Origin: Malacoraja senta
Lineage: Eukaryota
DNA: 64,000 nucleotides
Reading direction: 5' to 3'
Assembly: GCA_038087875.1 (NCBI GenBank)
Contig: CM075994.1
Coordinates: 8,806,001-8,870,000, forward strand
In this document: positions 24,564 to 37,471 of the stretch, in pieces
Layout of the letters: each line of letters starts with the position of its first letter
Position numbering within the stretch: position 1 is the stretch's first letter
Made by a program: the position numbers and the translations under genes
Notes under the pieces: generated by a model
Database searches by the model: none
Seen by the model: only the letters and a program-made list of their open reading frames with translations
What the model was told of the DNA's origin: nothing

Positions 24564-24808
24564 GTGGAGGAAGGAACTGCAGATTCTGGTCTGGTCCAAA
24601 GATCGACACAAAATGCTGGAGTAACTCAGCGGGGCAGGCAGCATCTCTGGATGGAAGGAATGGGTGACGTTTCGGGTCGAGACCCTTCTTCAGACTCCTT
24701 CTATTCAGACTGCTGAAGAAGGGTCCCGACCAGAAACGTCACCCATTCCTTCTATCCAGAGATGCTGCCTGCCCCGTTGAGCTACTCCAGCTTTTTGTGT
24801 CGATCTTC
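24564..24808. mobile_element. Inverted pair of PLE terminal repeats
   Basis: ~24600-24697 is the reverse complement of ~24712-24808; hammerhead-like core in both arms. Confidence 0.85.
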
Positions 24809-25344
24809 ATGTTTCTTTAGATCAAATTAAATAGAGAGATAATTACATTTATTTTACAGAGGTACAATCTGTAAGAGGGGCTAAGCCTGAACATCAGGTC
24901 AGATCTTACATGCGTTTCTTTTCTAAATCAAATTTGCAGGGTCAAGCCTTCAACATTAGATATTCTTTGAGAAAAATCCATTGGAACTAGATTAAGTTGA
25001 AGGTGGCAAGTTTCTTAATTAAAATAGTACTCACCTGCACACCAGGTAACATAGCCACTATAGTAAAAGCAGCCAATCAGGTTACAACATTATGACATCA
25101 TAATATCACTGAGCAGATAATTTCAGGGTTACGGAAATATTGAGGTGCAGAGATGGGGTGAAGCCAAACACTTTAACCCCCCCTCCCATTCCCACGCTGA
25201 CCCCGTCTGAAGAAGTAGTCTCGACCGGAGACGTCACCCATTCCTTCTCTCCAGAGATGCCGCCTGTCCCGCTGCGTTACTCCAGCTTTTTGTGTCCATC
25301 TTCGGTTTAAGCCAGCATCTGCAGTTCCTTCCTGCCTATTTCTG

Positions 25345-25792
25345 TCCTGGGTCACCTCCAATGCCGGAGTGAGGCCCAGCGCACATTGGAGGAACAGCGC
25401 CTCATAATTCGCTTGGGCAGCTCACACCCCAGCGGTATGAACATTGACTTCTCCAACTTCAAGTAAACCTTGCTTTCCCTCTCTCCATCCCCTTCCCCTT
25501 CCCAGTTCTCCGACCAGTCTGACTGTCTCCGACTACATTTTATCTTCTGTTTGTTACCTTCTCCTAACTAACAACGATCTATTCTACATTTTTGTTGATC
25601 CCCATTCCCCTTGTCCTGTTTTTCACACCTTACACTTACTTATCTATACACTTCCTTATATATGAACCTCCCACTCCCCTCACATCAGTCTGAAGAAGGG
25701 TCTCGACCCAAAACGTCACCCATTCCGTCTCGCCAGAGGTGCTGCCTGTCCTGCCGAGTTACTCCAACATTTTGTGTCTATCTTCGGGTTAA
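25345..25792 (+). mobile_element. Penelope-like element 3' fragment (GIY-YIG C-terminus plus terminal repeat)
   Basis: LEEQRLIIRLGSSHPSGMNIDFSNFK followed by cagtctgaagaagggtctcgacc. Confidence 0.8.
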
Positions 25793-26007
25793 ATGATCTT
25801 TTCACTTGGTGGACTGGGCAGCAGCAGTGGTTTTGGAACTGGGTTAATCTCTGCATAGCAAGAAAATTAGTACGCATTTTCCTGCCTGGTTTTCAATTAG
25901 CTGACAAAACAGAAGCATACACCTTGTGCGTTGAGCTCACAGCTCACGCCCTTAACCTCGTCAGCCTGAGCTGGGTATTATAAAGTGCTCCACTCCTTTC
26001 ATGCAGA

Positions 26008-26417
26008 GTAATAATAATAATAATACATTTTATTTGTATAGCGCTTTTCAAGGACTCAAAATCGCTTTACATGGAGAGTCAAAGACAAAACAAAATAGAG
26101 CAGTAAGACAGAGATGCAAAGGGGAGGGGGACATGGGACTAAGGGTATGCAGAGGTGAAGAGATGGTCTTGAGGCGGGACTGGAAGATGGTGAGGGACTT
26201 AGAATTTCGGATCAATTGTGGGAGGGAGTTCCAGAGCCTGGGGAGCTGCCCTGGAGAAGGCTCTGTTTCCAAAAGTGCAGAGGTTGGATTTCGGAATGGA
26301 GAGGAGACCGGCTGATGTGGATCTGAGGGACCGTGAGGGTTGGTAGGGGGAGAGGAGGTCAGTGAGATAAGGGGGGGCCAAGTGGTTGAGGGCTTTGTAG
26401 GTGAGGACCAGGATTAT
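26008..26417 (-). mobile_element. L2 LINE 3' fragment with (TTA)n tail
   Basis: TYKALNHLAPPYLTDLL...RSLRS...FGNRAFSRAAP (ORF 26199..26450). Confidence 0.85.
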
Positions 26418-27399
26418 AGAGTGTAGATTATATATGCATTCCTCTTTCAAAAAAAGGACTTATTTTAAAATCAATGATTGGAGTCGTCAATTGCAGTGAG
26501 ACAAAGTGCTGGAGTATCTCAGGGGGTCAAGCAGCATCTCTGGAGCACATGGATAGGTGGCGCTTCAGCTCGGCACCCTTCTGAAGAAAGGATCCCAACC
26601 CAAAACGTCACGATCCATGTCCTCCAGAGGTGCTGCCCGATCAGGGTGGCACAACGGTAGAGTTGTTGCCTTACATCACCAGAGACTGCAAAGCACTGCA
26701 CCGGCTCAGACCTCCCCACCATCGAAGGGATTCATCGGAGTCACTGCCTCAAAAAGGCAGCTAAAATCACCAGAGGTCCACACCATCCTGGCCTCACACT
26801 CATTTCACCACTGCCATCGGGAAGAAGGAACATGAACCTGAAAACTGTAACGTCCAGGTTCAGGAATTGCTTCTTCCCTACAGCCAGCAGGCTATTAAAC
26901 ACAACAACCTCATATAGGCTCTGAACCACAATAGACTAGTATTATTATTGTTGCACTGTTTTGTTTGTTTTTTGAGAGCTTTTCTCGACCCGAAACATCA
27001 CCTATTCCTTCCCTCCATAGATGCTGCCTCACCTCTCCAGTAGTTTTGTCTACCTTTTCTTTTCTCTCTCTCGTTTGTCATATCATACTATGTATGCATG
27101 TTCTGTTGAGCTGCAGCAAGTAAGAATTTCATTGTTCTATCTGGGACATATGACAATAAAACACTCTTGACCCTCAGAGACCCAGGCTCGATCCTGACTA
27201 CGGGTGCAGACTGCACGGAGTTTGTCTGTTCTCCCTGTGACGACGTGGGTTTCCTCCGGGTGCTCTGGTTTCCTCTCATATTCCAAAGACATGCATTGGC
27301 ATTGGTAAAATTGTCCACACAGTGGATGGAAATAGTGTATGGGCGATTGTTAGTCGGCCCAGACTCGGTGGGCCGAAGGGCCCGTTTCCATGCTGCAAT

Positions 27400-27897
27400 T
27401 GCTATTGAGGTAGGTTCACCAGGTTAATTCCCAGGATGGCGAGACTGTCATATGCTGAGAGAATGGAGCTGCTGGGCTTGTACACTCTGGAGTTTAGAAG
27501 GATGAGAAGGAATCTTATTGAAACATACAGGATTATTAAGGGTTTGGACACGCTAGAGGCAGGAAACATGTTCCCGATGTTGGGGGAGTCCAGAACCAGG
27601 GGTCACACAGTTTCAGAATAAGGGGTCCGCCATTTAGAACGGAGATGAGGAAACACTTTTTCTCACAGAGAGTTGTGAGTCTGTGGAATTCTCTGCCTCA
27701 GAGGGCGGTGGAGGCCGGTTCTCTGGATACTTTCAAGAGAGAGCTAGATAGGGCTCTTTAAGATAGCGGAGTCAGGGGTTATGGGGAGAAGGCAGGAACG
27801 GGGTACTGATTGTGGATGATCAGCCATGATCACATTAAATGGCGGTGCTGGCATGAAGGGCCAAATGGCCTACTCCTGCACCTATTGTCGATTGTCT
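27400..27897 (+). mobile_element. CR1 LINE 3' fragment
   Basis: ORF 27436..27621 plus 3' UTR. Confidence 0.88.
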
Positions 27898-28111
27898 ACC
27901 TCTAAATAAAACATCAACGGAGGGAGTAAAAATTTGATTATGGCAATGCCACCGAATTGAACGCACACTCTTGGAGATGGTGTAACAGAATGCAATCTTT
28001 AAAGCTCAAATATAAAACATGCAGTTTAACTCCAAGGCAAAAACGGCAGACATCAGAATTGGCAGCACTCAAGTTTACAAGCAGACATTTAGGCATGGAT
28101 TTTGGACTCAC

Positions 28112-28184
28112 CATCTCCTTGTGCACCATGTGTAACGCTGGCCTGTGCCCAGGATTTTGTTCCGCCTTGTGCTGAAGGGGTGGC
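28112..28184 (-). CDS. PRRC2A: PRRC2A coding exon 4 (ATPSAQGGTKSWAQASVTHGAQGD)
   Basis: Acceptor ttgctcatcgtag|, donor G|gtgagt; 73 nt, phase 0 to 1. KSWAQASVTHGA motif typical of PRRC2A. Confidence 0.92.
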
Positions 28185-29180
28185 CTACGATGAGCAAGAG
28201 AAGAAATTATGTTGGGCTGTCATCTTCATTTCTAGCACTACACTCCCTCAACCTCGAAATTAATCGCTCATCTCTCATTTCCAAATTAAACTATGCCCGA
28301 CGTTTTAGAATAGTTATTCCAGCTTCGCAAGTAATGATAGAAAATAGGTGCAAGAGGCCATTTGGCCCTTCGAGCCAGCACTGCCGTTCATTGTGATCAT
28401 GGCTGATCATCCACAATCAATAACCCGTGCCTGCCTTCTCCCCATTTCCCTCGATTCCTCTAGCCCCTAGAGCTCTATCTAACTCGCTTTTAAATTCATT
28501 CAGTGAATTGGCCTCCGCAGCCCTCTGTGGCAGAGAATTCCACAACTCTCTGGGTGAAAATGTTTTTTCTCATCTCAGTTTTAAATGGCCTCCCCTTTAT
28601 TCTTAGATGGTGGCCCCCGAATCCCATGGGGGAATGCAGAACCAGGTGCCACTGTTTAAGAATAAGGAGTAGGCCATTTAGAACGGAGATGAGGAAAAAC
28701 GTTTTCACCCAGAGAGTTGCGAGTGTGGAATTCTCTGCCTCAGAAGGCAGTGGAGGACGATTCTATGGATGCTTTCAAGAGAGAGTTAGATGGAGCTCTT
28801 AAAGATAGGGGATATGGGGAGAAGGCAGGAACGGGGTACTGATTGTGGATGATCAGCCATGATCATATTGAATGGCAGTGCTAGCTCGAAGGGCCGAATG
28901 ACCTACTCCTGCACCCATTATCTATTGTTTCAACTTGCAACTATCTTATCACATACTACACCCAAAGCTGGAATGTTTAAGAAAGAACTGCAGATGCCGG
29001 AAAAATCAAAGGTAGACAAAAATGCTGGAGAAACTCAGCGGGTGAGGCAGCATCTATGGAGCGAAGGAATACGTTTTTTTTTCTGGGTTAAGATGTGGTC
29101 GTAGAATTTGAGGGAAGGGGGAATCACAGAGGGGGGGGCAGTGAGAGAGGAGGTTGTTAAAGAGGGGGCAGTGAGAGAGG

Positions 29181-29216
29181 AGGTCTGAAGAAGGGTCTCG
29201 ACCCGAAACGTCACCT
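29181..29216 (+). ncRNA. Minimal type I hammerhead-like motif in a PLE terminal repeat (best-paired copy seen)
   Basis: Stem I AGGT/ACCT; core CTGAAGA + A; stem II GGGTC-TC-GACCC; GAAA; palindromic ACGT in place of stem III; GTC cleavage triplet at 29210-29212. Confidence 0.55.
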
Positions 29217-29407
29217 ATTCCTTCGCTCCATAGATGCTGCCTCGCCCGCTGAGTTTCTCCAGCATTTTTGTCTACCTTTAAAAGCTGGAATTACCTTTTT
29301 TTTCCTTAAAGAAAAGGCCAGCTACATTTTGTATTACAAACGGAAAGATTAAGCAAAGTGAATTACGGGCCCACCCGGATTTCTTTGCAAGCTACGTCGA
29401 GTCATAC

Positions 29408-29528
29408 CTCCTGTGGTGTTACTACCACTGCTGTTGCTGCTACTGGACGTTTCGGCTGACTGGAGCCAGACGTCTGTGAAGCCGGCGGCTGCTGCGATTC
29501 CGGCTGCTGAGATGTCGATGCATCGGTA
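29408..29528 (-). CDS. PRRC2A: PRRC2A coding exon 3 (STDASTSQQPESQQPPASQTSGSSQPKRPVAATAVVVTPQE)
   Basis: Acceptor tgttgttttcag|, donor GAG|gtatga; 121 nt, phase 2 to 0. Similar to mammalian SDASTAQPPESQPLPASQT. Confidence 0.92.
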
Positions 29529-29689
29529 CTGAAAACAACAGCAAAGGGAAAGTAGGATGAAATATACAGTATGGATCGTACCATGCACCAACAACATGGC
29601 TGTTCATGTTCTACTGCTAAACATCAACCTTCCAAACTGCAGCGAGTTTAGAGGCCCAGTGCTATCAAGCGCTCATCATATGTTCTCAT

Positions 29690-30960
29690 CCAGGAATGAG
29701 TGGGTTAGCACATGATGAGCACTTGACAGCTGTGGGCTTCTACTCACTGGAGTTTAGAAGATTGAGTGGGGGGGGGGGGAAATCTCATTGAAACTTAGAA
29801 TAATGAAAGGCACAGCGGACGTGGAAAGGATGTTTCCACTGGTGGGAGAGTCTAGGACCAGAGGAAACATGTTCCCGATGTTGCGGGAATCCAGAACCAG
29901 GGGCCACACAGTTTAAGAATAAGGGGTAAGCCATTTGGAATGAAGACGAGGAAACACTTTTTCTCACAGAGAGTTGTGAGTATGTGGAATTCTCTGCCTC
30001 AGAGGGCGGTGGAGGCCGGTTCTCTGGGTACTTTCAAGAGAGAGCTAGATAGGGCTCTTAAAGATAGGGGATATGGGGAGAAGGCAGGAACGGGGTACGG
30101 ATTGAGGATGATCAGCCATAATCACATTGAATGGTGGTGCTTGCTCGAATGGCCTACTCCTGCACCTATTGTCATAGCCTCAGAATTAAAGGGTTCTCTT
30201 TTAGAAAGGTGGTAAGGAGGTACTTCTTTAGTCAGAGGGTAGTTAATCTGTGGAACTCATTGCCAGAGGGCTGTGGAGGCTAAGTGGATATTTTTAAGGT
30301 AGAGATAGACAAATTCTTGAATAGAACGGATATGGGGAGAAGGCAGGAAATTGGGATTAGGAGGCAGAGATCAGCCATGATCAAATGGCGGAGTAGACGA
30401 GATTGGCCGAACGGCCTAGTTGTACTTCTAAAACCTGTGAACATCATTGAATAGGTTTGAGGAAAATGAGAGGCCTAGAGTGGACGTGGAAAGGATGCTT
30501 CCGGTGGTGGGAGAGTCTAGGAGGGCACAGCCTCAGAATAAGAGGAACTGTCTTTAGAATGGAGGAGGAGTTTGTTTAACTAAAGGATGAGGAACTCGTG
30601 GAATTCGTCGCCAAAGGGAACTATGGAGACAGTCATTGGGCATTTTTAAAAGCAGCCATTGATAAGCTCTTGGGTAAACAAAAATACTGGAGAAACTCAG
30701 TGGGTGAGGCAGCATCTATGGAGAGAAGGAATAGGTGACGTTTTGGGTCGAGACCCTTCTTCAGACTGATGTGGGGGCGGGATGAGGAGAACGTTTTCAA
30801 AGTAGGCATACCTTGAGGAGATTTCGCAGTGGAGTAGATGAAATGTTTAAGGAAGATCTGCTATCAAAGGTTCCAGCATCTGCAGCTCTTCCTTAAACAT
30901 TGATAGGCTCTTGATCAGCAAGGGTAATAAAGGTTATGGGGAGAAGGCAGGAGAATGGGG
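29690..30960 (+). mobile_element. Mosaic of nested CR1 3' fragments with a PLE repeat at ~30672-30900
   Basis: Repeated gagtctaggaccaga / ggggagaaggcagga motifs of CR1 tails. Confidence 0.75.
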
Positions 30961-32366
30961 TCGAGAGGGGAAAAATGGATCAGGCAAGACTCAATGGGGC
31001 GAATGGCCTAATTCTGGCCCTAAGTCCTCTGGTTTCTTTGAAAAGCAAAACAAAATGTGCTTGGGAGGAAATGTAGTATTAACAAAATAATGGAATCGGT
31101 TCAGCCAAAGCGCATTGCACCATTGCCAAGGAGGCAGAAACTGGAGAAAAAGATCAGAGTAGTTCATCTGCAATAAGGCAGCCGAGAGCTTGGAAGTTTA
31201 AAAGCCTTACAGAAGGACAGTTGAGGATGGGAGCTTCTCACAGTTTTAAGGTCCTCCTTTTAAGATCAAATTCACTTTGCCAGGACTCATTCTCAACAAG
31301 TTAGCAGGGAGGAGAAGGAGGAGGCAGATGCAGGACACCAGATTTAGAGCAGAAGGCAAGCTAAAGATTATCAAGGTCAACGCTTATTTTAAAAATGTCT
31401 GAAAATACAAAGTTAACTAATAAAGCAACCATTTTGAAAGAAAAGAAATTGGACCAAACTCTGTAATTGAGTTACAGGTTGCTGGTATCTAAAAAAAAAA
31501 TTAAAAAATTGAATTTGATTAACACAGCCAGAAATTAAGCCGCAGCAATGATAAGTTTGGTTTTAGTTTAGTTTAGAGATACAGCACAGAAACAGGCCCT
31601 TCGGCCCAACTAGTCCGCGCTGACCAGCAATCCCCGTACACAAAGTCCAAGTCAATTTAATTTGTCGCATGCACCCGAAGGTGCAGTGAAATGAATTTGC
31701 CAGCAGCGATACACTGAAAAAGAACACACAATACACAATAAGATTTAACACAAACATCCACCACAGCATTCTCCACTGTGGTGGAAGGCAACAAAGTTCA
31801 GCCAGTCCTCCTCCTTGTCACCTAACACTATCCTACACACTAGGGACAATTTACAATTTTTCTAAGCCAATTAACCCGCAAACCTGCAGGTGTTTGGAGT
31901 GTGGGATTGAACAACAATGCACACAATTGCAGTTTTATATCGTGCTCATGACAAGACATCAACCTATTGAGTAAGGACAGCCCTGCGGATTTTATGGACA
32001 AAATAGATTGAGATGCTCAACCAGTCATGACTAATCATCTTTAAAATCAAATGTGCATTCCCACTCATTAACCCTGCCCATTGCCTTAAAAAAACAACAA
32101 ATGTATACTCTGATCCAAAATTGAATATTTTAAATTGTTATTCAAACCTCAAGGCACTTAAACCCCAGTGGATTCAATATTTGCAACTAATGGACTATTT
32201 TGATTTTCTTGCCCAAGGGGAAAAGGGGATAAATACAGAAAACTATTAAAGCAAATTAAAGCATTTAGTACTCAGGTACAACCAAGTAGAATTTAATGTG
32301 TGCAGCTGCAGCAAAACAGAATGCATTTTCATATGTGACAAAGATTTGCAGTAAAAAAGAGCAAAT

Positions 32367-33013
32367 GGGCCTGTCCCACTTAGGCGATTTTCTAGGCGAG
32401 TGCAGGAGACTGCGCTCGCCACATGTTCACCGGTGATCTCTGGTGAGTCTCCTTCATGGTCGCGAGGAGTTCCCGCATTCTGCGAACTAGTCGCGGCCTC
32501 AGTATGGTCGCCGCGAATTTTTCATCATGTTGAACATTTTTCTACGACCAAAAATTGGTCGCCATGGATAAAATCGATAATCCTGTAGTCGTAGGTGCAG
32601 TGTAGTGGGGTCGCCATGTAGTTATGGGTAGTCGAGGTAGTTTTAGTTAATAGCCTTTGTTGAATAGTCATTTTCATTGGCTCATTGGGGGAAAAACATA
32701 AGCAGGAGTTTCAGAACAAAGGATAACCGGCCGGTAATGTTAAATTTCCGCCAAACTTCACAGCTGTGTATCTCTGGCATTAAAAGTTGTCCGCCTTCTC
32801 CACTCTGTCCGCCTTCTCCACTCCTCCCCCCCCCCCCATCCCTTTAAAGGACTTACTGTACACTGTGCTAGCCATCTTAATTACAGCGCCAACCTTCCTG
32901 TGCATCGCAGTGTGTGTCTGTATCACCTTGGCTTTGCACCGTGTGAATTTCAGACAGCGCTCCCCCCCCGCTTGCCCTGGCCCCCCGCCTTTGTGATGTG
33001 TGCGCGTGTGTGT
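32367..33013. mobile_element. Truncated PIF/Harbinger-type element (same family as 42362-43491)
   Basis: Left TIR gggcctgtcccacttaggcg; interior collinear with 42362-43260; right TIR absent. Confidence 0.75.
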
Positions 33014-33675
33014 GGGTCTCACAACCAGGGATTAAAGCTTTACAGCTGCGAAGATGAAGCAAGGAACTTGCGGATGCTGGTTTGCAAAAAAAAAAAAGAG
33101 AAATCGTTGGAGTAACTCAGCGGATCAGAGCAGAGTCCCTGCAGAATATGGACAGGTGGCATTTCAGGTCAGAACCTTCCTCCGACCCCAAAACGTCACC
33201 AATCCATGTTCTCCAGGGATGACCTGCGAGTTACTGCGGCACTTAGTGTCTACAATCAGTTGCGAATTGTGACGGTCAATTGAATAGCCACAAAGATAGA
33301 GAAAGAGCAGAACATAAAATGTCGGAGGAACCGAGCAGGTCAGGAGACATTTGTGGAGGAAATGGATGGACAACGCTTTAGGGTGGGACCCTTCATCATA
33401 CTGGGGGAGGAAGAAGCAAGCTTCACGAACCTATCTGCACTTAACAATGGAGGAACCTAGAATACGTCTGCTAACGTAGTGGCTGAACCACGATAAGCCA
33501 GAAGCATCTCGGTTTCCTCTTGAGATCCTCACTTGGCGCCAGCCAATTTATTTCACTCCGACAGCTATCACGAAACTGCAGAGGATACCACAAAGGAAAT
33601 GGAACCAGATCACATCCCAGCTGAAGGACCGATGGCCTGCTCTCCAGAATTAGCTGCACCTCCAGCCAAGCTATT

Positions 33676-33983
33676 ATAGTTTAGTTTAGAGATACAGCCC
33701 GGAAACAGGCCCTTCGGCCGCGCCGACCAGCGATCCCCGCACACTAACACTATCTTACACCCACTATCTTACATTTACCAAGCCAATTAACCTACAAACC
33801 TGCACGTTTTGAGTGGGGGGGGGGGGGGGCAGAGGAACTGAAGATCTCAGTAAAAACCCACGCAGGTCACGAGGAGAAGGTACAAACTCCGTACAGACAG
33901 CACCCATAGTCGGGATCGAGCCCGGGTCTCCGGCACTGCATTCGCTGTAAGGCGGCAACTCTACCGCTGCACCACCGTGGCCC
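33676..33983 (-). mobile_element. V-SINE (HE1-like)
   Basis: Reverse complement of the 9971 family. Confidence 0.85.
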
Positions 33984-34837
33984 AAAGCTATGGTAGTGGC
34001 ACCGACAAAGCAATGTGGAACGTCGCCCAGATATATCCATTCACGGACAATTCAAATCCAGCTGATTATTGCCCAAATCAGTAAAGTGCTTTGGCCACAT
34101 TGCGATTGAGTGGTGCTTACTCACTCATACCCAGTTTGGATGTCACCAGGAACACACGGCTCCAGACCTCACTGCCTTGCTCCTAACATGGACCAGACAG
34201 TTGAATTTGAGGCAAGCAAAGTGCCTGCCCTTGACATCAAAGTAATACTCAACTGAGTGCTGGGGTCAAGGAAAGAACATTCACGTCGCTGCCCTGTTTC
34301 CACCAATCTTTTCACCACCACGCACAAGAAACGACAAGACAGACACCATTGTATGCAGATGCCGAGAAGTGTGTTCAACTCTGGCTGAACAACTTCTAAT
34401 CTTGCATGTGGACTTGATAAGAAGAAGAAATGAGTGCTGAATCGAGGCACCCCTGTTTAGCTGAAGTCAGATGGGCAACTGGTGTGTGTAGGAAGGAACT
34501 GCAGATGCTGGTTTATACCAAAGATGGACACAAAATGCTGGAGTAACTCAGCGGAAGAGACGGCATCTCTGGAGAAAAGGAATAGGCAACGTTTCAGGTC
34601 GGGCGCCAAGTAGAATCGCCGCCTATTCATTATCTTTAGGGATGCCGACTGACTCGCTACTCCAGGATTTTGTGTTTATCGAATGGTCAGGGGGTTGGAT
34701 ATTATCCAGAGCAAAGGAAGATGGCAGTGCGAGAGAGCGAGAGTGAGAGAGCGCATGCGCGCGCGTGTGTGTGGAAAAAAAAAAAGAAAGATGGGTCAAC
34801 CGTTCCAGCAACAACACTAATCGACCCAACTATGCTT

Positions 34838-35333
34838 TAGAAACGTAGAAACATAAAAACATAGAAAATAGGTGCAGGAGGAGGCCATTCGAGCCAGCAC
34901 CGTCATTCATTGTGATCATGGCTGATCGTCCCCAATAAATAACCCATGCCTGCCTTCTCCCATATTCCAGAAATCAATAACCCGTGCCTGCCTTCTCCCG
35001 TGATTCCACTAGCCCCATGAGCTCTATCTAACTCTCTCTTAAACCCATCCAGTGATTTGGCCTCCACTGCCCTCTGTGGCAGGGAATTCCACAATTTCAC
35101 AACTCTCTGGGTTAAAAAGTTTTTTCTCACCTCAGTCTTAAATGGCCTCCCCTTTATTCTAAGACTGTGGCCCCTGGTTCTGGACTCGCCCAACATTGGG
35201 AACATTTTTCCTGCATCTAGCTTGTCCAGTCCTTTTATAATTTTATATGTTTCTAAAAGATCCCCCCTCATCCTTCTAAACTCCAGTGAATACAAGCCTA
35301 GCCGTTTCAATCTTTCCTCATATGACTGTCCCG
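34838..35333 (-). mobile_element. CR1 LINE 3' fragment
   Basis: ORF 34903..35361; (CATAGAAA)n tail on +. Confidence 0.9.
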
Positions 35334-35491
35334 CTTTATCACGGACTGTTCTGCCATCCATCGTAAAATTTGGAGTCTTCCCTAGGACTATAATTTTTCA
35401 TTATTTTTGCAATTCCTCTGCAAGCCGATTAATGCATCGAGACCGAGACAACAAATCGAGCAGGGTACAAGCGGCAAGTAGCAGTCATGCA

Positions 35492-35545
35492 GGAGTGGGA
35501 GATTGCAACCTTCACGTGGTACACCCTGTTTGGACTAATGCAATC
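35492..35545 (+). ncRNA. Predicted HDV-like ribozyme (copy 2; P1 has two mismatches)
   Basis: P1 GGAGTGG/ACACCCT; P2 GATTGCA(35501-35507)/TGCAATC(35539-35545); P3 ACC/GGT; L3 TTCACGT; J4/2 CTAA with C at 35535. Confidence 0.7.
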
Positions 35546-35629
35546 AACCCGACGTACACAAACAAGATCAAATAGAATGAGTTGACCCACAACTTTAGGC
35601 TGTGCACGCCATACGAAAGAAGAATAAGA
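35492..35629 (+). mobile_element. ~140-bp non-autonomous retroposon with HDV-like ribozyme head, copy 2
   Basis: Perfect 10-bp TSD cagtcatgca (35482-35491 / 35630-35639); ends cacgccatacgaaagaagaataaga. Confidence 0.85.
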
Positions 35630-36125
35630 CAGTCATGCACAGATGCCAGACAAGGATCTCTTCCAACAAGAGGGAACCTACTCTTGGCATGAACACGGAC
35701 CAGACTTTAATCATCAATAACCTGGAACATGAGTACCATGACTACAAGAATAAGTCAGGTGATATCCTGCATGCAGGTGGGCGACTCTCCTGACACTCGA
35801 GGAATTTCGACCATCTACAAGGCACAAATCAGATGGAATACTCCACTTGCTTGCAGTGCCAACAAATGTCAAGAAACTCGGCCACATCTAAATCTTAGCA
35901 GCACACCGTCTCAGTGGTGGAGGAATGAGGTGCTCCACTAACCATCTTGAAGCCTTTATTCCCTCCACCATGCACTGACATGCAGTGGAGACAGGGTATC
36001 GTGCTTAAAATGCATTGCCATTATCTTCCTAGGCCATTCAGAGAACAATGGCAACAGACACATGGGAACACCACTACATGCAGGTTCCCCGCCAACTCAT
36101 GGAGCATCGTGATTTGTATAGGTAG

Positions 36126-36420
36126 ATTAGAGATACAGCGCGGAAACAGGCCTTCGGCCCACCGGGTCCGCGCCCACCAGCGATCCCCGCACATCAACAC
36201 TATCCTACACCCACTAGGGACAATTTTTACATTTACTAACCTAATTAACCTGTACGTCTTTGGAGTGTGGGAGGTAACCAAAGATCTCAGAGAAAACCCA
36301 CGCAGGTCACGGGGACAACGTGGCAAACTCCGTACAGACAGCACCCGCTGTCAGGATCGAACCCGGGTCTCAGGCGTCGCATTCGCTCTAAGGCAGCAAC
36401 TCGACCGCTGCACCACCGTG
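36126..36420 (-). mobile_element. V-SINE (HE1-like)
   Basis: Reverse complement of the 9971 family. Confidence 0.85.
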
Positions 36421-36891
36421 TATTATGCTATGCTATACTATGTATTAGTAATCCTTTATCGTTGCTGCAGTTGGAATTGCTTAACCAAGGGAGGATTGCA
36501 GTGTTTGAATGAATGAATAAGTTTATTGGCCAAGTATTCACATACAAGGAATTTGCCTTGGTGCTCCGCCCGCAAGTGACAACATGACACAGTGACAGTT
36601 AAGAATGATACATAATACATTAATAATAAAACATTATTGTTAAACATGCAAATTAAATAAAATCCCAGAGCAAAAGGAGGCTACAGATTTTTGGTTATTG
36701 AGTAGAGCTAGTACTTGTGGAAAAAGTTTCAAAGTGGAAGCTCATTTGTGGAAAGAGGAACCACCTCAAGGGCATTTAAAGATAGGCAATAAATACTAGT
36801 TTTGCCAGCAATGCCCATGTCCTGAGAAGTAATGCAAAAAGAAAACACTATTTGGCCATTTCCAATATAATTTGCAGACAAGTTAGTGTTA

Positions 36892-37194
36892 TAGCCCTGT
36901 TCCACTGTACAAGTTCATTGAAAGAGTTCTCCCGAGTTTGCCCCAATTCGAACTTGGAGATTTACGGTAATGGCCACTCGTCGGTACTCGGGGCTCTCGT
37001 GGACATTTTTCAACATGTTGAAAAATCTTCACGAGTCTTCCCGAGCTTACTGCCGTTAGCGTTACGAGCCGCTAAGAGACGTCCCCGAGCTCCGACGTAC
37101 CCGCTACGTTCATTCTACGTGCTTACCACGAGTTTGATTATTTTTTTTTACTCGGGAGAGCACTTGAATGAACTCGTACAGTGGGACAGGGCTT
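36892..37194. mobile_element. PIF/Harbinger-type MITE (same subfamily as 20755-21083)
   Basis: TIR agccctgt(t)ccactgtac / gtacagtgggacagggct; TWA flanks. Confidence 0.85.
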
Positions 37195-37293
37195 TAAGGA
37201 TCTCAATACAAGAACATTTAGTGCAATAGAAACAAGAATCCTGTGCAGCCTCCTATCCCGAAAGTCCAGGGCGATAATCGTTAAAAGCACTTA

Positions 37294-37471
<178 letters not shown>

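Larger units (their letters stand above)
34040..36835 (+). mobile_element. Old, decayed CR1-group LINE broken into pieces by younger insertions
   Basis: Remnants at ~34040-34275 (gcccttgacatcaa), ~35650-36100 (accatctacaaggcacaa, catgggaacaccactacatgcaggttcccc) and 3' end ~36725-36835 (aagggcatt...ggcaataaatactag...gccagcaatgccca). Confidence 0.55.
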
